Assembly: GCA_965221125.1 (NCBI GenBank)
Contig: CBDCRW010000005.1
Location: 608,001 to 672,000 of the forward strand
DNA: 64,000 bases
DNA from: Alphaproteobacteria bacterium
GTDB lineage: Bacteria > Pseudomonadota > Alphaproteobacteria > UBA828
Direction: 5' to 3'
The position numbers and the translations under genes were made by a program. Under the pieces are notes generated by a model. That model searched no databases. It was not told the DNA's origin and worked only from the letters and a program-made list of their open reading frames with translations. Positions 39,828-49,114 of this stretch are shown one piece after another. Positions within the stretch are counted from its first letter, which is position 1, and every line of letters starts with the position of its first letter.

Positions 39828-41045
39828 GTGGCGCTCGTGCGCACCCGCTGGGACATCGTCGCAATTGCATTTGCGGCGGGCTTCATGGTCGGCATGCAGG
39901 TCGGCAAGGTGCCGCCGGCGCTGCCCATGCTGCAGGCCGAGCTCGAGCTTTCCCGCGTCATCGCCGGGCTGATCGCATCGTCGTACTACGGCATCGGCGC
40001 CATACTCGGCGTCGCCGGCGGGCTGCTCGTGGACCGGCTCGGCATCCGGCGCATGGTCGTCGTGGGCGGCGCCGCGATGGCGCTCGCGAGCGTTGCGGGC
40101 GCGTTCGCCGAGAGCGGGGGGCCGCTCCTCGCAGCCCGCATCGTCGAAGGTTTTGGCTTCGTCACCCTCACTGTCGTGGGCCCCAAGATGCTGGTCAGCG
40201 CGGCGGATGCCGGGGTGCGCCGCTTCCTCCTCGGCGTCTGGGGCACCTACATGCCGGTCGGCATAGCGCTCTCGCTTGCGATCGCGACCGCGTCGCTGGA
40301 GGGGATCGGCTGGCGCGGACTCTGGTTCCTCAATGGGGGGATCATTCTGCTCTTCGTGCTCGTCTTTCTCTGGGGCGCGGCACCGGGGCGCTGGCGGGCG
40401 CCGGCGGTGAGCGGCGGGGGCTTCGACCGCGCGGGCGTGCGCGCGACTCTGGCGCGGCCGGGGCCCTGGCTGTTCGGCCTGAGCTTCGCGATCTTCGCGG
40501 TCGAGTGGCAGGCGCTGATGGCATGGCTGCCGACCTTCCTGATCGAGACGCAGGCGCGCTCGCTCGCCGCCGCCGCGCTCTTCACCGCGCTTTTCGTCCT
40601 CGTCACCGCCGCGGTCTCGATTGCCTGCGCCCGGCTCCTGCAGCGGGGCATCGCCCGCTGGCCGCTGCTGGCGATCACCTTCGCAGGCATGGGGGTCAGC
40701 GCAGCGGCGCTCTTCGCGCCGTTCACGCCTGACGACGCCAAGCTGCCGCTCGCCCTCTGCTTCGCGCTCGCTAGCGGGCCGCTGCCTGCCGTCTGCTTCG
40801 AAGGCGGCGTGGCGCACGCGCCGAGCGCCGGGCAGGTCGCGATGGCCGGCGGCTTTGTGGCGCAGGGCGCCGCGCTCGGCGCGGTGCTCGGCCCGCCGCT
40901 GCTCGCCGCCGTGACCGAGGCACTGGGCGGCTGGGAGGCCGCGTGGTGGACGATGCTGGTCTGGTCCTCGCTCGGGCTCGCGGTCGCCGCCGGCGTGTGG
41001 CGGGCCGATGCGCGTCTCGCGCGCCTGGCGGCGGTCGCGCCATGA
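39828..41045 (+). CDS. MFS transporter
   Basis: About 12 hydrophobic segments; GLLVDRLGIRR motif A. Confidence 0.88.
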   Translation: MALVRTRWDIVAIAFAAGFMVGMQVGKVPPALPMLQAELELSRVIAGLIASSYYGIGAILGVAGGLLVDRLGIRRMVVVGGAAMALASVAGAFAESGGPLLAARIVEGFGFVTLTVVGPKMLVSAADAGVRRFLLGVWGTYMPVGIALSLAIATASLEGIGWRGLWFLNGGIILLFVLVFLWGAAPGRWRAPAVSGGGFDRAGVRATLARPGPWLFGLSFAIFAVEWQALMAWLPTFLIETQARSLAAAALFTALFVLVTAAVSIACARLLQRGIARWPLLAITFAGMGVSAAALFAPFTPDDAKLPLALCFALASGPLPAVCFEGGVAHAPSAGQVAMAGGFVAQGAALGAVLGPPLLAAVTEALGGWEAAWWTMLVWSSLGLAVAAGVWRADARLARLAAVAP

Positions 41046-42028
41046 GCGGACGCCTGCTGGCCCGCATGGCCGTCGCCTTGCTGTTGGGCGCGGCGACGCT
41101 CGCGTCCGGCGGCGCTTCTGCCGCCTCCATCCAGCTTTCCGCGCGGCCGGTCGCTCTCGATCCCGATGACCGCGCCCGCCAGCAGGTCGGCGACTTGCAG
41201 TTCCTGGGCGGGCTGGACCTGCGAAGCGACGCGGCAGCGTTCGGCGGGCTCTCGGGGCTGAGCGTCGGCGCGGACGGGCGGCTCGCCGCCGTCACCGACC
41301 GCGGCCACTGGCTCACCGCCCGCATCGTGCGAAACGACGTCGGCCGCCTCGTGGATCTCGCCGACGGCGAGATGGGGCCGCTTAGGGACACGCACGGCCG
41401 GTCGGTGGCGAACGAATGGCGCGATGCCGAGTCACTGGAACGGCTGCCCGATGGCGACTGGCTGGTGAGCTTCGAGGGCGAGCACCGCGTCTGGCGCTAC
41501 CCGGCGGAGACCGGAGGCCTGCAAGGCCGGCCCGTGCCCTTCCCGGCGCCCGAGGCCATCGCGCGCGCCCCTGCCAACGGCGGGGTGGAGGCGCTTGCGC
41601 CGCTCCCCGACGGGCGCATCCTGATGCTGGCGCAGGGCCTGAAGCGGGAGGGCGGCGCCCGCGCCGGCTGGCTCGTGGGCGACGGCGCGGTCGAGCCGCT
41701 GGGCTACCGCACCGCGCCGAACTTCCTGCCGACCGACGCCGCGGCGCTGCCGAACGGCGACGTTCTCGTGCTAACGCGCAATTTTACCGTGCTCGGCGGC
41801 GCCAGGGTGCGTCTGGAGCGCGTACCCGCGGCAGCGGTCGACGCCGAGACCACCCTTCAGGGCACACTGCTGGCGCGCTTCCAACGCCCGCTCACCGTGG
41901 ACAACTTCGAAGGGTTGGCGACGGTGCAGGGCGAGGACGGCGCGACGCTCGTCTACATCCTCTCGGACGACAACTTCAACTTCTTCCAGCGCACGCTGCT
42001 CCTCCTCTTCCGCCTGCGGGGCGACTGA
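41042..42028 (+). CDS. Secreted esterase-like activity of phytase family protein
   Basis: Signal peptide; FGGLSGL, DAESL, VSFE, DNFEGL, SDDNF. Confidence 0.8.
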   Translation: MSGRLLARMAVALLLGAATLASGGASAASIQLSARPVALDPDDRARQQVGDLQFLGGLDLRSDAAAFGGLSGLSVGADGRLAAVTDRGHWLTARIVRNDVGRLVDLADGEMGPLRDTHGRSVANEWRDAESLERLPDGDWLVSFEGEHRVWRYPAETGGLQGRPVPFPAPEAIARAPANGGVEALAPLPDGRILMLAQGLKREGGARAGWLVGDGAVEPLGYRTAPNFLPTDAAALPNGDVLVLTRNFTVLGGARVRLERVPAAAVDAETTLQGTLLARFQRPLTVDNFEGLATVQGEDGATLVYILSDDNFNFFQRTLLLLFRLRGD

Positions 42029-42078
42029 CGGCCTCGCGCCCGTGACAGCGGCGCGAAATCCGCGCTAGCTTCTCCCCC

Positions 42079-43035
42079 ATGCGGAAAATCCTCGTCACCG
42101 GGGCGCTGGGGCAGATCGGCGCCGAGCTCGTGCCGGAACTCAGGCGGCGCCACGGCGCCGACAACGTCATCGCGTCCGGCTGGCGGCGGCGGGACGTGGG
42201 GACGGTCGTTGACGGCGGGCCGTTCGAGATCGTCGACTGCACGAAGCCGGGCGACATCGCGGCCGTCGTCGAGAGGCACGAGATCGGCACCATCTACCAC
42301 ATGCCGGCGTTCCTCTCGGTGCTCGGCGAGGAGAAGCCGGAAGACGCCTGGGCGCTCAACCTCGGCGGCTACGCCAACGCGCTGGAGGTGGCGCGCCGCC
42401 ACGATTGCGCGGTGTTCTTCCCGAGCTCCATCGGCGCCTTCGGGCCGGGCACGCCGCTCCAGAACACGCCGCAGGACACGATCCAGCGGCCGAACACCAT
42501 CTACGGCGTCTCCAAGGTCGCGGGCGAGCTGCTCGGCGACTACTACCACGCGCGCTTCGGGCTGGACACGCGGGGCCTCAGGCTGCCCGGTCTAATCTCC
42601 CACGTGGCGCTGCCGGGGGGCGGCACCACGGATTACGCGGTCCACATCTTCTACGACGCGCTGAAGGAGGGGCGCTACACCTGCTTCCTGCGCCCCGATT
42701 CCCGCCTCGACATGATGTACATGCCGGATGCGGTCGCCGCGATCCTCGACCTGATGGACGCCGATCCCGCCGAGCTCCGCCACCGCAACGCCTTCAACGT
42801 GAGCGCCATGAGCTTCACGCCGGAAGAGCTTGCCGCCGAGATCCGCCGCCACGTCCCCGGCTTCGAGATCGACTACGAGGTCGACCCGCTCAAGCAGGCC
42901 ATCGCGGATTCCTGGCCGGACTGGATGGACGACAGCGCCGCTCGCGAGGAGTGGGGCTGGCAGCCCCGCTACGACCTAGCCGCCATGACGGCGGAGATGA
43001 TCGGGACGCTCCGGCGGAAGCAAGACCTCGCCTGA
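42079..43035 (+). CDS. SDR-type L-threonine 3-dehydrogenase (epimerase/dehydratase family)
   Basis: GALGQIG, YGVSK, PGGGTTDYA, ADSWP. Confidence 0.85.
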   Translation: MRKILVTGALGQIGAELVPELRRRHGADNVIASGWRRRDVGTVVDGGPFEIVDCTKPGDIAAVVERHEIGTIYHMPAFLSVLGEEKPEDAWALNLGGYANALEVARRHDCAVFFPSSIGAFGPGTPLQNTPQDTIQRPNTIYGVSKVAGELLGDYYHARFGLDTRGLRLPGLISHVALPGGGTTDYAVHIFYDALKEGRYTCFLRPDSRLDMMYMPDAVAAILDLMDADPAELRHRNAFNVSAMSFTPEELAAEIRRHVPGFEIDYEVDPLKQAIADSWPDWMDDSAAREEWGWQPRYDLAAMTAEMIGTLRRKQDLA

Positions 43036-43695
43036 GGCAGCGGGGCGCGAACGGTCGGGACGCTCCGGCGGCAGCGCCACGTCGCCCGAAGCCGTCCGGC
43101 GGGGGAACGCTCGCTCCCCGAACCCCCAGCTGCGCACGGGGCCCACGTCGATGTGCACGAAGTCGGACGCCCGGTAGAGGCCAACGCCGCCCCGCCGCAG
43201 GTCGACCGCCACCCGCCACACCGCCTCGGAGGCGATGCCGGGCACCCTGATGTCGGCGGCCATGCCGATCGTGTGCAGCGAGTTGCGGGCGACGCCCCTG
43301 CCGTTGGCGCGGAGCCACGCGTTGGTCCCCGCCGAGCGGTAGCCCGAGACGAGATCGATCCGCGCGGGCCTCTCCAGCGCCTTCCACAGGAAGAAGAGCT
43401 GATCGAGCACGCCGTAGAAGATCGGCTCGACCTCGCCGTTGCGGCGGTCGCGAAACAGGTAGCTGTAGGCATCCAGCGCGTGCCGGTCGTAGGCGCGGTC
43501 GCGCCAGTAGACGAGATCGCGCCTCTCGCCGGTCCACAGGTTGCGGATCGGCACCCGGCGCTCGGCGTCGTCCAGAAAGCTCCGCGCGCCGGCCGCGCCG
43601 GGAGATGCTGCAAGGCCGAGCAGGGCCGCCGCTCCGGCCGCACAGAATTCCCGACGGGCGAGGCGCCTGCCCCGCGCCCCTCCCCGGTCGCGCAT
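42976..43695 (-). CDS. YcbK/DUF882 (peptidase M15, MepK-like) with Tat signal
   Basis: ARREFC; SGYRS; SLHTIGMAAD; FVHIDVG. Confidence 0.88.
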   Translation of the reverse strand: MRDRGGARGRRLARREFCAAGAAALLGLAASPGAAGARSFLDDAERRVPIRNLWTGERRDLVYWRDRAYDRHALDAYSYLFRDRRNGEVEPIFYGVLDQLFFLWKALERPARIDLVSGYRSAGTNAWLRANGRGVARNSLHTIGMAADIRVPGIASEAVWRVAVDLRRGGVGLYRASDFVHIDVGPVRSWGFGERAFPRRTASGDVALPPERPDRSRPAASGEVLLPPERPDHLRRHGG

Positions 43696-43823
43696 TCCGC
43701 AGCCTAACACGGTGCCCACCCTTGAGTGCAGAGGCGGGCGTGCCTTGCCGGCCTGGCGCCGCATCGGCGATACTGCCGGCCTTCCTCAGCACCCCAATCC
43801 GCCGACCGAAGGGATTCCATACC

Positions 43824-45314
43824 ATGAGCACCGCCGCCGCCGAGATCGTGAAGGGCGTCTTCCTCCAGGACCAGTCGCTGTTCCGCCAGCAATGCTACGT
43901 GGACGGCAAGTGGCTGGATGCCAAGTCGGGGCGGACCACCGACGTGGTGAACCCGGCCGACGGCAACGTGATCGGCACCGTGCCGGCGTTCTCCGCCGCC
44001 GAGACCCGCGCCGCCATCGAGGCGGCGAACCGGGCCTTCCCCGCGTGGCGGGCCAAGACCGCCAAGGAGCGCGCCCAGATCCTGCGCAAGTGGTACGACC
44101 TGATGATGGCGAACCAGGAGGATCTCGCCATCATCATGACCGCCGAGCAGGGCAAGCCCATGGCGGAATCGCGGGGCGAGATCGGCTACGGCGGCTCCTT
44201 CATCGAGTGGTTCGCGGAGGAGGGCAAGCGCGCCTACGGCGACGTGATCCCGCCGCACCTGAGCGACCGGCGCATCGTGGTGACCAAGGAGCCGGTGGGC
44301 GTCGTCGGCATGATCACGCCGTGGAACTTCCCGAACGCCATGATCACCCGCAAGGCCGGGCCCGCGCTGGCCGCCGGCTGCACCGTGATCGCGCGCCCCG
44401 CCACGGCGACGCCGTTCTCGGCGCTGGCACTCTGCGAGCTGGGCGAGCGCGCCGGCATCCCGCCCGGCGTCTTCAACGTCATCACCGGCCCGTCCGGCGA
44501 GACCGGCGGCGAGATGACCGCCAACCCCATCGTGCGCAAGCTCTCCTTTACCGGCTCGACCGAGGTGGGGAAGATCCTGCTCGAGCAGTGCGCGCACACG
44601 GTGAAGAAGGTCTCGATGGAGCTCGGCGGCAACGCGCCCTTCATCGTCTTCGACGATGCCGACATGGAGTCCGCCGTGAGCGGCGCCATGATGTCCAAGT
44701 ACCGCAACACGGGCCAGACCTGCGTCTGCGCCAACCGCTTCCTGGTGCAGGGCGGCGTCTACGACACCTTCGCCGAGCGCCTGGCCGAGGCGTCGTCGAA
44801 GCTCGTCGTCGGCCCCGGCCTCGAAGGCGAGACCCAGCAGGGGCCGCTGATCGACGCGGACGCCGTCGCCAAGGTCGAGGAGCACATCCAGGACGCCGTC
44901 GACAAGGGCGCCGAGGTGATCCAGGGCGGCAAGCGCCATCCGCTCGGCGGCAACTTCTTCGAGCCCACCGTGATCGCCAACGTGAACACCCAGATGAAGG
45001 TCGCCCGCGAGGAGACCTTCGGCCCGCTCGCGCCGATCTTCCGCTTCGAGACCGACGACGAGGCGGTGCAGCTCGCCAACGACACCGAGTTCGGCCTCGC
45101 GGCCTACTTCTACAGCCGCGACATAGGGCGCATCTGGCGGGTGGCCGAGCAGCTCGAATACGGCATCGTCGGCATCAACACCGGGATCATCTCGACCGAG
45201 GTGGCGCCCTTCGGCGGCATGAAGGAATCCGGCATCGGCCGCGAGGGCTCGCACTACGGCCTCGATGAGTTCCTCGAGGTCAAGTACATGTGCATGGGCG
45301 ACATCGACAAGTAG
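43824..45314 (+). CDS. gabD: NAD(P)-dependent succinate-semialdehyde dehydrogenase
   Basis: ITPWNFP, SFTGSTEVG, MELGGNAP, GQTCVCANR, EETFGP. Confidence 0.93.
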   Translation: MSTAAAEIVKGVFLQDQSLFRQQCYVDGKWLDAKSGRTTDVVNPADGNVIGTVPAFSAAETRAAIEAANRAFPAWRAKTAKERAQILRKWYDLMMANQEDLAIIMTAEQGKPMAESRGEIGYGGSFIEWFAEEGKRAYGDVIPPHLSDRRIVVTKEPVGVVGMITPWNFPNAMITRKAGPALAAGCTVIARPATATPFSALALCELGERAGIPPGVFNVITGPSGETGGEMTANPIVRKLSFTGSTEVGKILLEQCAHTVKKVSMELGGNAPFIVFDDADMESAVSGAMMSKYRNTGQTCVCANRFLVQGGVYDTFAERLAEASSKLVVGPGLEGETQQGPLIDADAVAKVEEHIQDAVDKGAEVIQGGKRHPLGGNFFEPTVIANVNTQMKVAREETFGPLAPIFRFETDDEAVQLANDTEFGLAAYFYSRDIGRIWRVAEQLEYGIVGINTGIISTEVAPFGGMKESGIGREGSHYGLDEFLEVKYMCMGDIDK

Positions 45315-45367
45315 CCGCGCTCCGAGCGCCGCGAAGCGACGAGCGCGAGAGAGCCCCGCTTGCGGCG

Positions 45368-46060
45368 GTGACCGCCCGCTACGCCATCTACGTCGCACCC
45401 GATGCCGGCTCGCCGCTCGCGCGATTCGGCGCCGCCTGGCTCGGGCGCGATGCCGAGACCGGCGCGCGCGTGAGGCGGCCCGCGGTCGAGGGTTTTGGCG
45501 ACGAACGACTGGAACGGATCACCGAGACGCCGCGCGGCTACGGCTTTCACGCGACGCTGGCGCCGCCCATGCGGCTCGCCGATGGCTGCACGCCCGGCAT
45601 GCTCGACGACGCGCTCACCGCATTCGCCGCCGGGCGCGCGCCGTTCCTGGCACCGCCGTTGCGTCTCTCGCCCATGAAGGGGTTTCTCGCCTTGCTGCTC
45701 TCGGCCGAGAGCGACGCCATGCAGGCGCTCGAAGACGATACGATCCGCACCTTCGAGCGCTTCCGCACACCGCCGAACGCCGCCGAGCTTGCACGGGGCG
45801 CGGACGAAGGGCTCACGCCGCGCCAGGAGGCCCTGTTCCGCGCGTGGGGCTACCCCTACGTGCTGGACGAGTTCCGCTTCCACATGACGCTCTCGTGCGA
45901 GCTCGATGCGCCCGAGCTGCAGGTGTTGCAGACGGCGCTCGCGCCGCTCGCGGCGCCCCATTGCGCCCGGCCGCTCGAAGTAGGCGGGATCGCGCTGTTC
46001 GAGCAGGCGACGCAGGACGCACCCTTCATGCTCGCCGGGCGCTACCCGTTCACGGCCTGA
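45368..46060 (+). CDS. DUF1045 family protein (2H phosphoesterase-like)
   Basis: RYAIY, YGFHATL, WGYPYVLDEFRFHMTL (two HxT motifs). Confidence 0.8.
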   Translation: MTARYAIYVAPDAGSPLARFGAAWLGRDAETGARVRRPAVEGFGDERLERITETPRGYGFHATLAPPMRLADGCTPGMLDDALTAFAAGRAPFLAPPLRLSPMKGFLALLLSAESDAMQALEDDTIRTFERFRTPPNAAELARGADEGLTPRQEALFRAWGYPYVLDEFRFHMTLSCELDAPELQVLQTALAPLAAPHCARPLEVGGIALFEQATQDAPFMLAGRYPFTA

Positions 46061-46099
46061 CCGCGCGCCCGGCGCCCGCCCGACGAGGCCGGATGCGCC

Positions 46100-46921
46100 C
46101 TACGCGGCCTCCTCGGCGTCCGCCGGCTCGGCGCTGCTGCCCGGCAGGCAGCCGCCGCAGACGGTAAGCTCCTGCGCCGTGATGTGGCGGCCGCGCTCGC
46201 TCGCGAGGAAGACCGCCATGTCGGCGACGGAATCGGTAGTGACCAGCGCGCCCAGCATGTTGGCGCGCATGTTCTGCGCGTAGTGGGTCTCGTAGTCGAG
46301 GCCGAGATCGGCGGCGAGGCCGCGGTGCGCGTCCTGCGCCATCCTGGTCTCGACCCAGCCGGGGCAGATGGCGTTGACGCGGACGCCCACGCCGCCCACC
46401 TCGTCCGCGAGACAGTGCATGAATGCGTTCAGCCCGTTCTTGGTCATCGCGTAGGCACCCCAGCCGGCCGAGTAGGCGCCGGCCGCGATCGACGAGACGA
46501 AGATGATCGACGCGCCCGCGCCGGAAGCGCGGATCGCCGGCAGCGACGCCTGGGTCGCGAGAAAGGCAGAAGTGAGGTTGGTCTCCACCATGCTGTCCCA
46601 ACTGGCGAGGTCCATCTCGGCCACCGGCTTGCGGATGAAGGTCCCGGCGTTGTTGACCAGGATGTCGAGGCCGCCGAGGCGCTCGATGGCGGCGGCGCAC
46701 ATGCGAGAAATGGCGGCGCGGTCGCGAAGGTCGGCTGCGGCGGCGAAGGCACGGCCTCCCGACGCCTCGATCGCGTCCACGGTCGGCCTGGCGCGCTCGT
46801 CGCTCCGGGCATGTACGGCGACATGCGCGCCCTCCCGCGCGAAGGCTTCGGCGATGGCGGCGCCGATGCCGCTTGCCGCCCCGGTAACCAGGGCGCGGCG
46901 GCCCTGAAGAGAAGTCTCCAT
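46100..46921 (-). CDS. Classical SDR oxidoreductase
   Basis: TGAASGIG, NNAG, YAMTK, PGWVET. Confidence 0.9.
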   Translation of the reverse strand: METSLQGRRALVTGAASGIGAAIAEAFAREGAHVAVHARSDERARPTVDAIEASGGRAFAAAADLRDRAAISRMCAAAIERLGGLDILVNNAGTFIRKPVAEMDLASWDSMVETNLTSAFLATQASLPAIRASGAGASIIFVSSIAAGAYSAGWGAYAMTKNGLNAFMHCLADEVGGVGVRVNAICPGWVETRMAQDAHRGLAADLGLDYETHYAQNMRANMLGALVTTDSVADMAVFLASERGRHITAQELTVCGGCLPGSSAEPADAEEAA

Positions 46922-47076
46922 TCTGGTCTCCCTGCGATGCTGCGTGTCGGTCCGGGACGGCGGCCCGGCCGGCCGCCAAATGGGGATCGAACAGGCGAGT
47001 TGCGCTATTGCCTCGCGGTCATGATGATCCGCTTCGCGCAATCATGCCAGAGACGAGGGACGACGGGGGAGCCGCG

Positions 47077-48099
47077 ATGGCGACGGAAACACCGTTTCAA
47101 GTGAGAGAGGGTATGCATGCGCCGGCGGTGCGCCGCGCGACTGCCGCCGAGGTGCCGGTCGTCGATTTCGGCGCGCTCTATTCGCCGAGCGTGGCCGAGC
47201 GCAAGACCATGGCGCGGGCGATCCGCGCGGCCTGCGAAGGCCCCGGCTTCTTCTACATCGTGAACCATCAGTTTCCGCAGGCGGTGATATTGCGCGCGCA
47301 GGCCGCCATGGAGCGGTTCTTCGCGCTGCCGGTCGCCCGGAAGATGCGCAACCACTATCTCGACTGGCCCAATCACCGGGGCTACGTGCCCTCGGGCGGG
47401 ATCACCGCCGACCACAGCCTCGAAGGCTCCAGCGACATCTCAGAGGCCATCGAGATGGCGCACGACCTGCCGGCGGACGATCCCGACCACGTGCGCGGCA
47501 TCCGCTTCTACGGCCCCAACAACTGGCCTCAGGAGCCCGCCGACTTTCGCTGGGCGCTCGGCACCTATTTCGACTGCCAGCTGGAGCTGGGCCGCCAGCT
47601 CTTCCGCGCCTTCGAGTACGCCCTCGATCTGGAGGAGGGGTACTTCACCGCCAAGTACACCAAGCCGCTGGCGCGCCTCCGCGTCTGCTACTACGAGCCG
47701 CAGCCGGAGCCCCTCGACATCGCTCACATCGGGCTCGGCGCGCATACCGACTACGAGTGCTTCACCACCGTCTGGCAGGACCGCGAGGGGTTGCAGATGC
47801 TGAGCCGCGACGGCGAGTGGCTGATCCTGCCGCCGGTGGACGGCAGCTTCGCCGTCAACCTCGGCGACCTCATGCAGCAGTGGACGAACGACCTGTTCGT
47901 CTCGACCATGCACAGGGTCATCAACACCTCGGGCCGCAGGCGCTACTCGCTCGTGCAGTTCTTCGGCGTCGATTACGACGTGGAGGTCGAGGCGATCCCC
48001 GGCTGCGCCGGCCCGAACAACCCCTGGCGCTACGAGTCAATAAAAGCGGGCGACCACTCGGAGAGAATGGTCGCCCGCACGTACCACTACGACGAGTAG
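47077..48099 (+). CDS. 2-oxoglutarate/Fe(II) oxygenase, IPNS-like
   Basis: GFFYIVNH, HTD...H facial triad, RYS. Confidence 0.9.
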   Translation: MATETPFQVREGMHAPAVRRATAAEVPVVDFGALYSPSVAERKTMARAIRAACEGPGFFYIVNHQFPQAVILRAQAAMERFFALPVARKMRNHYLDWPNHRGYVPSGGITADHSLEGSSDISEAIEMAHDLPADDPDHVRGIRFYGPNNWPQEPADFRWALGTYFDCQLELGRQLFRAFEYALDLEEGYFTAKYTKPLARLRVCYYEPQPEPLDIAHIGLGAHTDYECFTTVWQDREGLQMLSRDGEWLILPPVDGSFAVNLGDLMQQWTNDLFVSTMHRVINTSGRRRYSLVQFFGVDYDVEVEAIPGCAGPNNPWRYESIKAGDHSERMVARTYHYDE

Positions 48100-48114
48100 A
48101 GAGTCAGCGACTCC

Positions 48115-49014
48115 CTACTCGGCTTCGATCAACGAGACCTCTGCCCGGCGATTGCGGCCGTCGGCCACGTTGTCGCTGGTCTTGGCGATCGGCTCGGATT
48201 CGCCGAGGCCCTCTGCGTGGATCACGAAGCGCCCGGCCCCGTTCTCGATGAGGTAGCTCGCCACCGAGAGCGCACGCTGCTCCGAGAGCTTCATGTTGTA
48301 CGCGTCAGGCCCGGCCCGGTCGGTGTGGCCGCGGATGAGGATCTTGTAGGGCCTCATCTCCGTCGCGGTCGCCGCCGCTTCGTCCAGCGTCTGCATCGCG
48401 GCGCCCGAGAGATCCGAGCTGTCGAACTCGAAGAACACCACGTAGTAGGTGACGTAGCTGGGCTCGGGCTCAGGCTCGGGCTCAGGCTCGGGCGGCGGCG
48501 GAGGCCGCATCGCCACCTCGGCGGCAACCACCGAGCCGTAGAACGCGTTGCGGCATTCGGCGATGTCGTCGGGCTGGTGGCCTTCCTCCTGCTCCTGCAC
48601 CCAGCAGTCGAAGCTGAGCTGCGCGTGGGCTGCGGAGATGGGCGCCTTGCCCTTGCCGCTCCCGACCAGCATGGCCATGAGCCTGTTTCTCGCTTTCGCA
48701 AGCTCTTCCACCGCGTCGGCTGGAATCCGGCGCTCCTCCAGGGCGGTCGGCCGCACGTCGTCTCCCCTGGCCGCGACGGCCGCCTTTGCCGCGAAGTAGT
48801 CGGAATCCCGGTAGTCGTTCTCTCCAAGCTCGTTCGCGGAGAGCTCGATATAACCCGCATAGAGCTGCTGGTTGAACTCCGATCCCTGGGGATCGAGGCC
48901 CTGGACGCCTTCGAGCGCGACACCGCCGCACGCGCCGAGCATCGCGGCGATACCCGCGACCGCTGCGAGGCGAAGCCCGGTCGAAGAGACCTTGGTTCCC
49001 TTGAGCATTCTCAT
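48115..49014 (-). CDS. OmpA-family lipoprotein with Pro-Glu linker
   Basis: LGAC lipobox; PPPPPEPEPEPEPEP; GHTDRAG, NMKLSEQRA, NRRAE. Confidence 0.9.
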   Translation of the reverse strand: MRMLKGTKVSSTGLRLAAVAGIAAMLGACGGVALEGVQGLDPQGSEFNQQLYAGYIELSANELGENDYRDSDYFAAKAAVAARGDDVRPTALEERRIPADAVEELAKARNRLMAMLVGSGKGKAPISAAHAQLSFDCWVQEQEEGHQPDDIAECRNAFYGSVVAAEVAMRPPPPPEPEPEPEPEPSYVTYYVVFFEFDSSDLSGAAMQTLDEAAATATEMRPYKILIRGHTDRAGPDAYNMKLSEQRALSVASYLIENGAGRFVIHAEGLGESEPIAKTSDNVADGRNRRAEVSLIEAE

Positions 49015-49114
49015 TCGTTGCCTCCCGTGCTGTCACTCGGACTATAGCGCGATCCACCGCACCGCATAAAGCACGATGACAGGTGAATTTGGGCATTTTG
49101 AGGCGGACGGAACC

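Noticed and set aside
35023-39870. Very long antisense or alternate-frame ORFs (1615 aa here; also 7556-11068, 1421-3775, 28588-31332 and others)
   Set aside because: Shadow ORFs of well-supported genes, expected at high GC; no recognisable motifs.
48461-48502. 6/12-bp tandem repeat
   Set aside because: Explained by the Pro-Glu linker of the OmpA protein.
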